This document shows, in pieces, positions 1 through 13,518 of a stretch of DNA of 64,000 nt. Below the pieces are notes generated by a model, which was not told the origin of the DNA, did not search any database, and saw nothing but the letters and a program-made list of their open reading frames with translations. This stretch comes from the human T2T-CHM13v2.0 reference genome, Homo sapiens: NCBI RefSeq assembly GCF_009914755.1, contig NC_060930.1; one strand, written 5' to 3'. Position 1 is the first letter of the stretch; each line of letters opens with the position of its first letter. The position numbers were made by a program, and so were the translations under genes.

Positions 1-316
<316 letters not shown>

Positions 317-1062
317 TGATTTTGTGTTTTACCTTTTTCATCAAATACTGTAGCACAAAGTATTTACCATATTAATAAACATTCTCTGAAAATACCATAC
401 CGATGACTACACGTATGCACATACACATATAAAATATATATAAACATTCTTCTATTGTTGCTATTCTAAACAACACTCTGATAACTCTCCTTGAATGTAA
501 ATCTTGTCCACATTCTGATTATTTTCTTGGGGTAGTTCCCTAGAACACAGAAAAGGCTTTCAAAAGAACAGCAGGACACACGTGCCTTCAAGTTAAGCTA
601 GAGAAAAGCCATGGTTGGGTATCATCTCAGCCCACCTCCGAGGCGCGTGATCCCTTCAGAGACTCGGGCCTCCCCGGGTCCTGGAGGTCTTGGCTGCAGG
701 CCCATCAAACCACTGAGCTTCTCTTTTAAAGTTTCTTAAATTTCCTGGCTTTTAAAAGAGAGAGAACTTCTTCAATATTTGTTCCAAAAGCAAAGGGAAA
801 AAGTGGAGGGGGATGTATATTATTCCTTGAAAGAGAAAGTAATATATTTTTCATCAGTGTGATCTTATCCCACACATCTCTGAAGGACTAGTATTAAAGT
901 CTACTCGAGTTCACAAAATGTGCTTTTTCCTTACAATGACCTTTTGTTAGAGGTATTTGAGGTTTGTTTTTATAAATAATTCTCACTTAAATGAGAATCT
1001 CTTTATAAAATTATTTCAGAAAGCAGTTACACTGTATCAAGGGGCAAAAGATTACCTTTACC

Positions 1063-1405
<343 letters not shown>

Positions 1406-2859
1406 TCAACTCCAATTTTAGTAAGAATGCATGAATTAAGTATGTATAGACTTTAATAACAAATACAAATGTATATAGTAGTATATAATGATATACACAG
1501 TGGATAGTCATTTGACGTTTACAAAACATTTTCCAACCATGATCAGTTTTGATAGTCATAATAACAGAACATGAAGCATGACTGATATTATTTCAGTTTT
1601 GCTGTTGAAAATAATAAGGCCTAAGGTTAAGTAAGCTCCAAGGTCATCTACCTCCATGATTGGTTAGCAGATGACTCCCCTCATCCCTACTGCTACACGG
1701 CTTCCCTAAGATCCTTCGTGAACTTGGTAACTGATTAATCAGTCTCAGTTTTAGTTCCATCTTGCAGAATATAAAGGTGACCTTCTCCCCACCCCTCACA
1801 GAGATATTATATAAAGACAAAGCAGTCTGAAAATTGAGTACACACACACACAGACAGACACACGCACGCATGTTCATGCATCTCCTATTTACAAAAGGAT
1901 TGAGGTGGTCGGTAGCCCCAGTAGGGACAGGAATAGTTTCACTAAGAAGGGCAACAACCAATGAAGATTTAAAAATTAAAGTGACAGAATCTCTACCATT
2001 TCTTTATTGCATTTTGCATGATATCAAAATGGAAATTTTTTTCTTGTCAATGACTCCTTCAAAAAATAAAAGATGCCGTGCATTGATAAAAATGTGAAAT
2101 AACAGGTAAAAAAAAACCAAAAAACAAAAAACAAAACCCAAACTAGGTTGCCGTGCAAGAAAGATGAAGAGGAATGGCTCTACAGGTGAAAAGATAAAAT
2201 ACAAACCCAGGGACCCAAGTTTCCAAAGTCCTGCTCTGAAAATAATATGTGTAAACGCTACTGAAGATTTGACTTTTCCCGGACTTCAATTTTTGTTATT
2301 TGTAACAAAAAAGCAAACATATTTCAAGGGCTGTTATTCAGAATGTGGTTGGCTTGTATGAGACTGCTTTGTTAAATCACTTCTGTAATTTTACCCAGCA
2401 AAATCTTTTAAATAGTAAACCTTGGAGAAAACTAATACAAGGTGAAATATGCTGCAAATATAAAGTGCAATGTAAATGCTTCCTGATGGGGTGATGAAAA
2501 CACAGATGATGTCTACAAATTGCCAGTCCTGCCTCTGACTCAACCACTAAGGAGCCGGTTTGTCAACTTTAATCTTTCAAAGTACAGATTTTTAAAAAAT
2601 GAACATGCAACCCCTTCTGACAGATGTTACCTCTCCAAGCAACACCTGATACGTAAGTTTCAAATAATGTGAAGACAAATTTGGCTTCTTAGCTATCAAG
2701 TCTGAAATGAACAAGTCCCTCCTCTGATCACTTGCAGCCTCTCTGGAAGGATGGGGCCCCTCCTCCCCGAAGAGCATCTTAATCACGCTCTGCTGAAAGC
2801 AAGGCTTGGAGCAGCTTTCTTTTCTGTTTTTTCCAAAGCTATGTTTTATTGTATATATT

Positions 2860-2940
2860 TATTATTTAAGATGTTTGATATGATGCCAGGCAAGCAAATT
2901 AACATATCCATCCTTCCAAAGTTATCTTCTGTCTTTTGTG

Positions 2941-2980
<40 letters not shown>

Positions 2981-3020
2981 GTAATAGCACCTAAAATCTA
3001 CTCTCTGCAGCTTTTTCAAA
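2860..3020 (-). mobile_element. L1 (L1MA-like) 3' UTR fragment containing a ~37 nt poly(T) run
   Basis: CAAGCAAATTAACATATCCATC...GCACCTAAAATCTACTCT resembles an antisense L1MA 3' end; T run at 2943-2979. Confidence 0.6.
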
Positions 3021-3611
3021 GGCTTCCAGACTTGGCCACTTCAAAGGATCTTTAGAGAAGAGCACATGCCACAACACCAGGGCTTACATTTTCACCAAGT
3101 TTGTCGATTTCTAGGTACGTCTTGATTTAGGTTTCTGAAAGGGAATTCCTTCTTCCTCCCTCCCTTCTACTCTTCCTTCCTTTTGTTTCTTTCAAAAAAG
3201 TAAAAAAGAGCAGAGTGATCCAATGGCCTGAGCATTATTTTGTCCTTGCTACTTGATATTGGATCACTGGTGCCCTGAGTGGCTGAAGTGGGTGGTTACC
3301 CAATTCTGCTAATCCCTCCCACTTGTATTTGAATAGGGAAAGTTATTTTAATTAGTGCACTTAATGTCAGTCAATAAAGAGAACTAAGCATTCCCCCAAA
3401 CACTAACACACACCCACACACACACACAGAGTAGTTCTCTTCTAATTCGCCAAGTTGGATTTTCTGGCTAGGTTCTGCTGTTTGTTACAAATCCAGTCTT
3501 TTCCTCATCCTCGTGCTCGGATGGGTGGGAGGCGGGGGTGACCTGGCTCCTTCCCACCTGCTTTTCTGTTCTTAGGGCCCCCACCAACCTTGCTGCTGTC
3601 TCATAGGTCTT

Positions 3612-3998
<387 letters not shown>

Positions 3999-4558
3999 TG
4001 ACAAGAGACTTTGACTTGAGTGACCCAGGTTCAGGCCTCAACATTCTTCAATGTTTCCCCCAACCGTGGTAAGGAGCAGCCAGAGTTAAGAACCAGGGGC
4101 TAATTCTCACGTTCCAGTTCTCTTCTCATCCCACATTTTAGCTCCTCGTGCACCCCAGGGCCTACGAGGACAAGTTACAGAGAGATTTTAAATTAAGAAT
4201 TCAAGTGGGGTCTACTCTAGTGATGGGATTTTAAACATTTGAGCTGGAGAAGCTTTTGGAATTGGGCTCAAGTCATACTGTGACCCACCAGCATGGGTTG
4301 ACTGGGATGTAGGATTCAGGTCACCCTGATTCCAGATGTGCTATCAGGCCTGGTGCCGTCACCAACCCTGTTCACTTCTCAGCCACTTCTCCCTGGCAAA
4401 TATACAGAGGCCTTCAGGAGCCTCCTGGGCCTTGAAGCAGAGTCTGACAGCCACTGGAGGCTGCAGGCACACACACATGCTCCTTCTTGCAGGGCCCGCC
4501 CGCCCTACAAGCACTGCCACATTCCCTACTTTACTGGGATTTTAAATCTCCACTCTTC

Positions 4559-4710
4559 GGCCAGGCACAGTGTTCTGTAATCTCAGCACTTTAGGATGCT
4601 GAGGCAGGAGGATCGCTTGAGTTGGAGGCTGCAGTGAGTCATGATGGTGTTACTATACTCCAGCCTGGGCAACAGAGCAAGACCTTATCTCAAACAAAAC
4701 AAAGCAAAGA
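4559..4710 (+). mobile_element. Alu monomer (FAM/FRAM-like or deleted AluJ)
   Basis: GGCCAGGCACAGTG...GGAGGATCGCTTGAG...GCTGCAGTGAG...CAGCCTGGGCAACAGAGCAAGACC with a CAAAA-type tail; only ~150 bp. Confidence 0.88.
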
Positions 4711-4904
4711 CACCCAACTTGACTCTTCCAAGAATACAGCATTTCAGGGCACTTGCTCCATCCTCAACATTTCCCCTACCTTCCCCTCACTCCTGTCACT
4801 AGAGGGAGGTGCGATGTAGAGAAATGGGAGAAAACAGATAAAAGACCACTGTTTCAGCAGCCACACCCTCTCCTCTATTAATGATCTCTCAGGCTGTTGA
4901 AGTA

Positions 4905-5018
4905 ACTCCTAGGAAAGGTTTCTCCATTTAGTTCAACTCCAACTCTTATGAAACCCTAGCACTGGGTACGACCCACCGGAAGCCTTGCCTGGTGGGAGGG
5001 GGCTGCTCCAGCATGCCT
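4905..5018. repeat. Copy 1 of ~115 bp dispersed direct repeat
   Basis: Aligns to 5720-5834 at ~80% identity (hand alignment). Confidence 0.92.
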
Positions 5019-5135
5019 GTAGCATGTGTGTGGTACATGCACATGTTCATATGTGCATGTGTGTATGGTCTGCATGCATGTGCATGTGTGTGTGCACATG
5101 TGTGCACTTGTGTGTGTCTGCTTTGTAGCACACAT
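5019..5135. repeat. TG/CA-rich alternating purine-pyrimidine low-complexity tract
   Basis: GCATGTGTGT...TGCATGCATGTGCATGTGTGTGTGCACATGTGTGCAC. Confidence 0.85.
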
Positions 5136-5369
5136 GCTTTGGTTCTGGCAGGGCCTCTTGTCTTTGATGCAAACTGTACCTAGATTTCTCCTACATCAGC
5201 CTCTTCTTGGGTTTCTCCCACACCCCAGTCACCTCAACGTGATCGCAAAGAAAAACTGGTCGGTATAATGGCTGTCCAAGATGTTGCTGGTGACCTTAGA
5301 TGAAACCCTGAGTGATGCGGTCGTAGGGAAGAGTGAAGTCTCTTGAATCCACTCCATCATCCTCACAGA

Positions 5370-5522
5370 TCAGCTCCCCCATCTTAGGCAGGTCACTGTC
5401 TTTAAGCCTCAGTTACTGCTGTGCAAATGGGCATAATAAAAGCTGCTGTGAGAATCAAGTAAAACAATGTACGTAAAGTGTTTAGCAGAGCCCTGGCACT
5501 CAGCAAGCACTAAATAAATGTC
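5370..5522 (+). mobile_element. MIR fragment
   Basis: GGCAGGTCAC...GCCTCAGTT...AAATGGGCATAATA...GTAAAGTGTTTAGCAGAGCCCTGGCAC matches the MIR core and 3' end. Confidence 0.8.
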
Positions 5523-5719
5523 ATGAGCCACAGAGAGACCAATAAACTCTTTAATAGGAGTTTACTTCACCTGCTCACCAGAACAAAGAATGGCCCTTTT
5601 TGTACCCCCTTATACTTCCCATCCCTTCCCGTCATTGGGCATCTGTGTGAATGGAATTGCTAGACCTCTAGTTCCTGGGAGGATTTTAAATGCTTTGTGC
5701 AAAGGAAACATTCAGGATG

Positions 5720-5834
5720 ACTCCTAGGAAAGATGCCTCCACTTAGTCCAGCTCCAACTGTCATGAAGCCCTTGCATTGAGCATGACCCACCAGAAGCCT
5801 TGCTGCGGGGAGGAAGCTGCTCCAGGCCATGCCT
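5720..5834. repeat. Copy 2 of ~115 bp dispersed direct repeat
   Basis: ACTCCTAGGAAAG...GACCCACCAGAAGCCTTGC...GCTGCTCCAG..CATGCCT shared with 4905-5018. Confidence 0.92.
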
Positions 5835-6444
5835 CCTTCTCACAATTCTGGATGCCCCCAGCACCCGCCCTGTCCTCGGTGCTCTGTTTCCCTTACTCAT
5901 TTCTTGCAATGCAGTGAATGGGACAGAGAGAGGGCAGAGTCCCACTCCAACCTGCTTCCTCCCTCCTGGGAGGAGAGGACAACAGGTGGCCGGGCCAGCG
6001 TGGATGCTCGGGCTGCCAAGGGGTGTGGCACCTGCAGCTATACACTATCCACAGCTCCATGCTCCTTTGCTCTGCGATCAGCAGGAATTTCATAGTGACT
6101 CCCAGGGGCGGGACTAAGGTCAGAGCTTGGGCAACGCTATGGAAATAGCTGCAAGTCAATTAGGGGGATTTTATTCCATGATCTGAATGGGTGTCTTGTG
6201 CCTTGAGGAGAGAAATGGAAACCAACCCCCCACACCCCTGTGAGCATCCTCGGCTTTGTTCTCATGACAGTGGAGATGGATCGGTGACTTCCGGGGGTGC
6301 TAGGGCCCTCCTGGACTTCCAGTGCGATGCCCAGGAATTTAATGACAGGCTGGGAAGAAAAAGGTCCACTCTGGCAATGCTCCTGTGATTGGGGTCCCCA
6401 AACAAACCCAGTCTCTGAAAAATAGTCCATTGACCCCTCTTCTC

Positions 6445-7095
6445 TCTTCGAAGGCGATTTTAGAGAAACTTCTTGACAGCTAAGTCATCATTTGTCTACA
6501 AGGCCCCATTTCAATGATCAGTTGGAAGCTAATGTTTCACAGACCACATGTTTAAATGCTCACCTCCCTCGCTGTTTATGAAAAAGCAGAGCCTGAGATT
6601 TCCAAGCGGGCAGGCTCTTCCAGGGGGCCAGGCTGGTGGGGGGTGGGGGCATGGGAGGTCGGCACTCCCTCCTTCAGGAATCTCTGAGCTCGCAGAACCG
6701 TCCAGTGCGTGGGTGGTAGAGGGATCAGCTGACGGGGAAGTGCAAGCGTGAAGGCGGCCACCCAAGACTTCAGGTCACTGCTGACCTCCCGTCGGGGCTC
6801 AGATCTCAGCACTGGGAGGGCATCTGCTCGCCCTGCCAAAACAAACCAGCCCCTGCAAGGGGCACATTGCACAGGAAGGGGGGCTGGAGGGACAAGGAGC
6901 TCCGGGTTTCACTTGAACAGTCTCAAATAACCGGTTTACAATGATGCGGTGTTCTTGGCGTTGCGGGTAACAAAAGGGCTGAGGCCCAACTCCAGATCTG
7001 GTGAGCATTCGTGGGCAGCAGCACTGCGGAGTTCTAGAAAGGAGTTGGCCGTGTCTCTGGCCAGCCCTTGCTCTGGTGGTTTTCTACCGACAGGA
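6445..7095. promoter_or_regulatory. Candidate regulatory element: GC-rich, CpG-retaining unique sequence
   Basis: About two dozen CpGs in ~650 bp with no recognised repeat; G-run cluster at 6623-6658; RUNX-like GACCACA at 6542-6548. Confidence 0.35.
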
Positions 7096-7965
7096 TTCCT
7101 AACTGCTATTTGTTGTCTTTAGGCCTGAGAATCCATCTGGTTCTGATTCAGGTGGCCTCAGGCTTGCCTCAGAGGTGAAAAGCGTGTGCACTCAAACTGA
7201 ATTTCTCACAAATTTCAACCCAGAAGAATCCCAGTCTTCTCACACAAAGACCGTGTGCTTGGGCAGCCCCTGACCCTTAAAGCCTGGCATAAATCAATTT
7301 CACCTGTTTGGCTAAATGTGCACATGTTAACCTAATGAAAGTGACCGGTGCAATCAGATAGCTTCTGCACATGTTCTAACTTGGAGGGAATGGGGAGGGG
7401 TGCTGACCTCTCCCCGACCTCCTCTGTCCCTGCTCTTCCTGGTGGGGACAGTATTTCTGGGCCCTGGTGGGGTTCTTATGAGTCCTTGGGCCAGTCTCAG
7501 CTTGGGTGGTTCCGAATATGTAGAGTCCTACGTCCCAACTGAATAGGATCAGAGGAGAAGGAAGTTTTGTATCTAATTGGGAGGGCGGAGGTGGGTAGGC
7601 CTAATGGGAGCCATTCAAATTAAAATTTCCCTGGAGGCTTCAGATGAAAAATGGTTACACTTTTGCCCCTGGCTTCCAAGGTCAAGTCTTGAAAACAGCA
7701 CTCATATCATCAAGCTGAGTGATGAGGCAATGAGACCCGTCTCTTGGCAGGATATATGGCCAAGCTGAAACACCTGCTTGTTAAGAATATTCCCCGATGA
7801 ACATTAAATATTGAATATATAAATATTTGATTCAAAAAAAGAAGACTATTTCTATATCTAGATACTGCATGGGCATTTTCAGGAACAGTAATCTGTCATC
7901 ACAGTTACTTTTCCTTATTGGAAACCATGAGTCAAGGAAGCAAACAGAAGTTGAATCGACTAAAA

Positions 7966-8172
7966 CAGGGATGTGCAAATTATGGCCGGCGGGCCACATT
8001 TGGCCTGAAGCCTGTTTTTATGAATAAAGTTTTATTGGAACGCACCCATGCCACTTGTTTGCATCTTGTCCTTGACTGCTTTCTCAACAGCAGTGTTTAG
8101 TGGTTGTGGCAGAGACTGCGAAGATGAAAATATTGACTCTCAGGTCCTTTACAAAAAAGTTTCCAGACCGTG
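7966..8172. mobile_element. MER58A-like hAT-Charlie MITE
   Basis: CAGGG..GCAAATTATGGCC.GCGGGCCA...AATAAAGTTTTATTGGAAC...CCTTTACAAAAAAGTTT..AGACCGTG; degenerate 8 bp TSD GACTAAAA/CTCTAAAA. Confidence 0.88.
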
Positions 8173-9444
8173 CTCTAAAATGTTGTGATTCTGTTTTACT
8201 TCAGCCAGGGGATGATGTTAGCCTTCTTTTGTAAAGAGTAATCAAAACCCACAACTCCTTCCCAGAGAGCAAAAAGCAGACAGTATCACAAAGAGGGAAG
8301 GGGGTGAGCACCTAAGGGAGAACCCCTGGGTGAGGCGGCAGTTCAGAGTCTTCAGCAGCCATTTCATGAATTATTCTTGCACCCAAGTGAAAATGCCCGA
8401 TTTCCTATTCAGAAAAATAGCAATCTATCCCTAAAGTCAACCACACTAGATAACATCTGGAAAGGACTCAAAATTAGGTAAAAATCTTGAAATTGCCCAG
8501 TTTTCAAACACACCCTGGCCTGTTTTTCTCCAGCTTCATCCGTCAGCATCTTGGGAGGGTGGTTGTGTCAGCGAGAGGCTTTAAAGTTTTCCATGTGAAA
8601 AAGCAGCTTGAAGTGATACCATCTCCACAGGAAAAACAGATCTGCGCAAGGGTCAGCCATTTGAAGTTCTGATTTCAAGAGGAAAGTAGAAGGAAGTGTG
8701 GAAAATAAAGACAGCCTCTGCCTCGGGATGAATGCTGGATTCTTCTGTGACTTGGCCCACGCTGGCCTTCAGCAGACAGAGTGCAGCACGATTCTGGGCT
8801 TGCTCTGTAACAAACGGACCACACAAAACAAAGAAGGGCAGTGCTGTGACTGAACACTGTTGCTGTTGATAAGCTCTCCGGGGTACGATTTCAAGGAGGC
8901 AGTTAATGGCCTCACTACAAAAGAGTCCCAGGGGTCCCTAAAGCTTGACCCCAAAACTTGAACTCTACCTGAACTGATTTTTTTCTTTTTCTTTCTCCTG
9001 TTTTGAGGTTTGAAAACATTTAATCAACTCCCCTCCCAGGACATTTGATTTCTGTGCACTCCTGCACTTCTGGGCTCCATCTGGGGGAAGAAGTGCCAAA
9101 ACCACCATTCGAAAGGCTGCCCCGAGGTATTTTCAGTCGGACTGGAAGCAGCAGGTAACGGAAATCTTATGAGACAGTTTGTTCTCAGGAGGTTTTTCTG
9201 TCCAGTTTTGCTGACCAAAGCATTCCCCGGGTTCAGATAAACCTTGAATTAGCAAGTGCACTTTGAAACACTGTTTGGTGGTTCTAATTGCAATAAAAGT
9301 GCTTGAAAGCTCTACCCCATACCCTTGCATTTGGCCATCCCTGGTTTTGTCCTATGACATAAGTGCTTCCTGGGCTCCCTAAAGTTTTTAGCTTCCCTTC
9401 CAGAAACTCTTGACATTTGGTTGAGTAGATCCTCTCAATGCTTC

Positions 9445-9530
9445 CAATTCAGTCAACAAACACTTATGGAGCAACGACAGTATTCCCGCCGTATGCTTAG
9501 AGCTCGGAATGGAGCCTCATATGCCTGAAT
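9445..9530 (-). mobile_element. L2 3' fragment
   Basis: ATTCAGTCAACAAACACTTATGGAGC... resembles the antisense L2 3' end. Confidence 0.55.
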
Positions 9531-9801
9531 TCAAGGGACTCAATCTAGCACAAAGGCAGACACACTCTCATGGGAGCTTATAAGTAACATTAACAGCTCA
9601 GATTAAGTACAGTGGAAGTACAGAGAGGTAGTGGAGATGTACAAGGAGTTAATTATTGTTTATTTTTCAAGGGACTCAATCTAGCACAAAGGCAGACACA
9701 CTCTCATGGGAGCTTATAAGTAACATTAACAGCTCGATTAAGTGCAATGGAAGTACAGAGAGGTAGTGGAGATGCACGAGGAGTTAATAATTGTTTATTT
9801 T
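9531..9801. repeat. Tandem duplication, 2 x ~136 bp
   Basis: Units start TCAAGGGACTCAATCTAGC at 9531 and 9667; 5 substitutions and 1 indel between copies. Confidence 0.97.
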
Positions 9802-12174
9802 TACAATAATGGATTACAAAGTTCTTTCCCCAAAATGCCAGTTGTTTTAGAGAGTAATTTGTTTTGTTTTCTTTAATGATCTAAATTGATAAACCAGGGA
9901 ATGGTAGGTAGGTTTCAATGCCGAGTTCATTGAATGGATTGGTGTGTCTCTGCAGAACACCTTGCTGAGGAAGATTCTGAGGTTGTGTTTGGTTTTAACA
10001 GGATATGGTGCTGTGATTAGTTGGTTGTCATTGATGCCTTGTGTGGAGGGAGGAACAGCATGCATGCCACAAACGTGCCTAGTCTGGAGTGGATATAGCC
10101 CAAGGATGAATCATTAATGCAGAGTTAAAACAGAGCTCAATGCATGGACTTCCTCAGCCCCAACTGTGAACTACAGCAGAATCCCCTTGTGCCAGGGCTC
10201 CATCTTACATTGATTTGTGTACCGTGTAGTTCAAAGGCTAGTTCCTGAAATACTAAAAATGCTTAGAGGAAAAGTCAGAGATAATAATACATTAGAACAT
10301 TGAAGTCCATGTAGACCCCCCAACCTGTGATTTATAAAGGGTCTCTACTGCATTTAGATATTCCATCCCAAGAAACAATAAAAATAAAACCTTCCCACCA
10401 CTTTGCTATAAGGCTTTGAAAATGACCTATGGCCTATCAGCAGGTATAGACTTTAGGGGATTATCTTCAAACTGTGGATTTACCAAACAAGAAGTGGGAA
10501 TTTTTGAGTAGAAATTACAGTATCTGCCTAGAGGTGTGGCATATGTGTGCTTGTTGGGAAATGGAATTCCCAGTTAATCCTGGAAGACCGGAGGCCCAGC
10601 CAGGCCATCCTGACAGCTGGTTGCCAGGCAGCCTCTGGTGATGATGTACAAGAACATACTTATCACCCCAGGGCTCTGGGGGAAAGTGAGATACCATGAC
10701 TAGAGTGCTATAAAGCTGTCTGGCTATTTGGGAGTATTATTCTTATTAAATTAAAGTTCTATTAAAAGGAAACATGTTACTATTTAGATTTCTGTCTGCT
10801 TGGCAGCGTTTGCTTCATAAATCTTGCAGGAGAAAATTGGCCCACTGGAACTGGATGTTGGATATAGCATTTCTTCAACATCAAGAAAATGGCCACACAT
10901 TTTTTTAATTGTTTCCCTTGCAAATAATTTTTAAATAGTCTTACAAAAATGTTTTTCTTGCTTCACTCCCCAGTGAGTTAAAAATGCACACCGACATTGC
11001 CAGTTGGCATAATGTGTTGTGATTCCAGCAGACAGCAATGGGAATGTATGAAGTGATGGTTGAGGTGAAGGACAGCGGAACTGCTTTTTCTTGCAGCATG
11101 CAGTATGCAAAATGATCCTTTTTATTTTTAACTAATTCCTTAAAGCAAAAGCTCTTCCCACCCACGAGTGTTGCCTAATTGGGGGACATGGAAAATGAAT
11201 GAAGAAACAATCCTCAAACAAGGAGTGTTTGCTGCTCCCATTTCAGCACTAATTAATTACTGTTGTCAGTAAACTGAAAGTGTTCATGGAATTACATTTT
11301 CCAGAGCCTTCACCTGGATCTAAAGCTGGATTTGAGGTATGTTGCTCCAGGCTTCAAACGGTGGTGGGGCACAATCACAGGCCATGGGAGCTCCAGATCC
11401 ACAGCCCTTTGGTGTAAAGGACGATGTGTGTCAGTGTTTGCTTGTGGTTCTGAAATGAGACGCTTTCCTACTTCAATTACATTGTGGTGGCTCAAGCATT
11501 ACAAGATAAGCCTCAAATAGGAGTGTAGCCTTACCAGAAACGAAAGTATGTGTTTGAGTTTCCAGATTCAATAGTCATATGTTGACACTTTGAACTACGA
11601 GCTGTTCCATGTTTGGGGCTTGATAGGCAGAAACTGAAAGAGGCAGAGATTTGGTTCTGAAACACTCCCAACTCCCTCGTAGCCATTTTCTGTTTGTTTT
11701 CTTTAAGCCCTGGTCCTCTGCTTTGCCACCTGTAAACCATTCTTTTCCCCACCTTTAAGCCATTCTGTGCTCCAGTCCATAGGGGTGTAGTCCCACAGTA
11801 AAAGGTATTGGATGGGGAGTTCTTTCATTCATTGATTTATTCCACAAATACATGAGTAGCTCTTGGATGCTGGGCTCTGTGCTAGGCATTAGGGATGCAC
11901 ACCAATACGGCCCCATTCCCTTGCTGTGCAGAGGAAGAGAGAAACATTAATCAAATGATCACAAGAAAGAATTTGTCATTAAAACTGCAATAAGCATTGT
12001 ACCATGAAGTAGAGTCATTATCATAGCATATCACTGGGGCGAGGGGCGGGGGGAGGCACATTGCTTGGTTGAAGGAAATGGGTAAAGGGTTAGGAAGTCA
12101 GGGAAAACTCTGCTTTAATGATGCTTGGGCCAGTATCAAACAGCAACTAGATGGCTTGAGAAAGGTGGAGCGTT

Positions 12175-12277
12175 TCCTCATGAGTGGGCTTTGCTGGGTC
12201 AGAGGGAGTTCCCAGGATATGGGACTTTCAGTATTGAAAGCAGGACAGTCCCAGGCAAACCTACACATAAGGTTACA
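12175..12277. mobile_element. MER81-like hAT-Blackjack MITE
   Basis: TTCCCAGGATATGGGACTTTCAGTATTGAAAGCAGGACAGTCCCAGGCAAACC resembles the MER81 core. Confidence 0.7.
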
Positions 12278-12414
12278 GAGCCTGAAAAGACCCCATCACA
12301 GAAGGGGGCACGGAGCATTTGAGGAATTGCTAGAGTTGCTGAAAAAACCTGGCAGTACCCAGCCCCAGCTGAGATCCAGTGAGAGACAAGGGGCCAAGTC
12401 ATGTAGGGCCTTAA

Positions 12415-12751
<337 letters not shown>

Positions 12752-12935
12752 TGCAAAGTGTTTTAAGCAAATAAATGACAAGATCAGATTTGCCTTTCAA
12801 AAAGTTCACCCTAGCTAGAATATGGAGGCCATTACCACACAAAATGCAGACATCTTTTCTTCAAGTAAAGCTGGCTGTGGACCCTTGGTGTAATGTTTGG
12901 TAAATGTTTCCACAACTGGCTTTCTGGGGGATTGG

Positions 12936-13518
12936 TGTTACCAGCCAGTTCCATGTCCGTTCTGCCTGTGCACAGTAAATCAATCACTGTGACACAGGTT
13001 TTGCAAAAGAGAAAAGGGTTATTTGCAGGGCCACCAAGTGAGGAAGTAGAAGATAAGGCTTGGGGATTTTTATGGGTTAGGGAAGTGGGGTGTTCTAAGG
13101 CTTGGAGAAAGGTGATTGGCAGTGGAGAAAAATGAAGTAACAGGTTCATTCTGGGCAAGCACAGTCAAGGTTCATGGCATTTCATGGGGCATGTGTACAG
13201 AAAATGGAAGCATTATCATGATCTGAGGGTGGAGTTTTTGGCTCTCCATCGCTGAAAGGCCACCTCTTTGGGCGTTTGCTCAGGCCCAGTGTAGGGCTGG
13301 TGGTCTCAACTGGTGTAAGTTTAACTAAGTTTCTGTAAACAACAGAAGTGACCATAACCATGGTGACCTATGAATGTTAGCTGTAATGTACACAGTGTGT
13401 TAGCTGTAATGTACACAGTGAAGGGTAAGTCTCGGTGTTCCCCACTGAGGCCTTGAGCTACTGCGGCCTTCAGCTACTTCAGCTGTGAAATGTGTGAAAA
13501 CCATCACAGCATTTGTAC
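12936..13518 (-). mobile_element. ERV1-class solo LTR (subfamily and right boundary uncertain)
   Basis: Starts TGTTAC; TTTGCAAAAGAGAAAAGGGTTATTTGCAGGGCCACCAAG...GGTGATTGG...GATCTGAGGGTGGAGTTTTTGG resembles an antisense MER31/MER67-group LTR. Confidence 0.6.

Noticed and set aside
9531-9801. Direct repeats as a CRISPR-like array
   Set aside because: Only two abutting copies with no spacers, in primate DNA with no cas genes.
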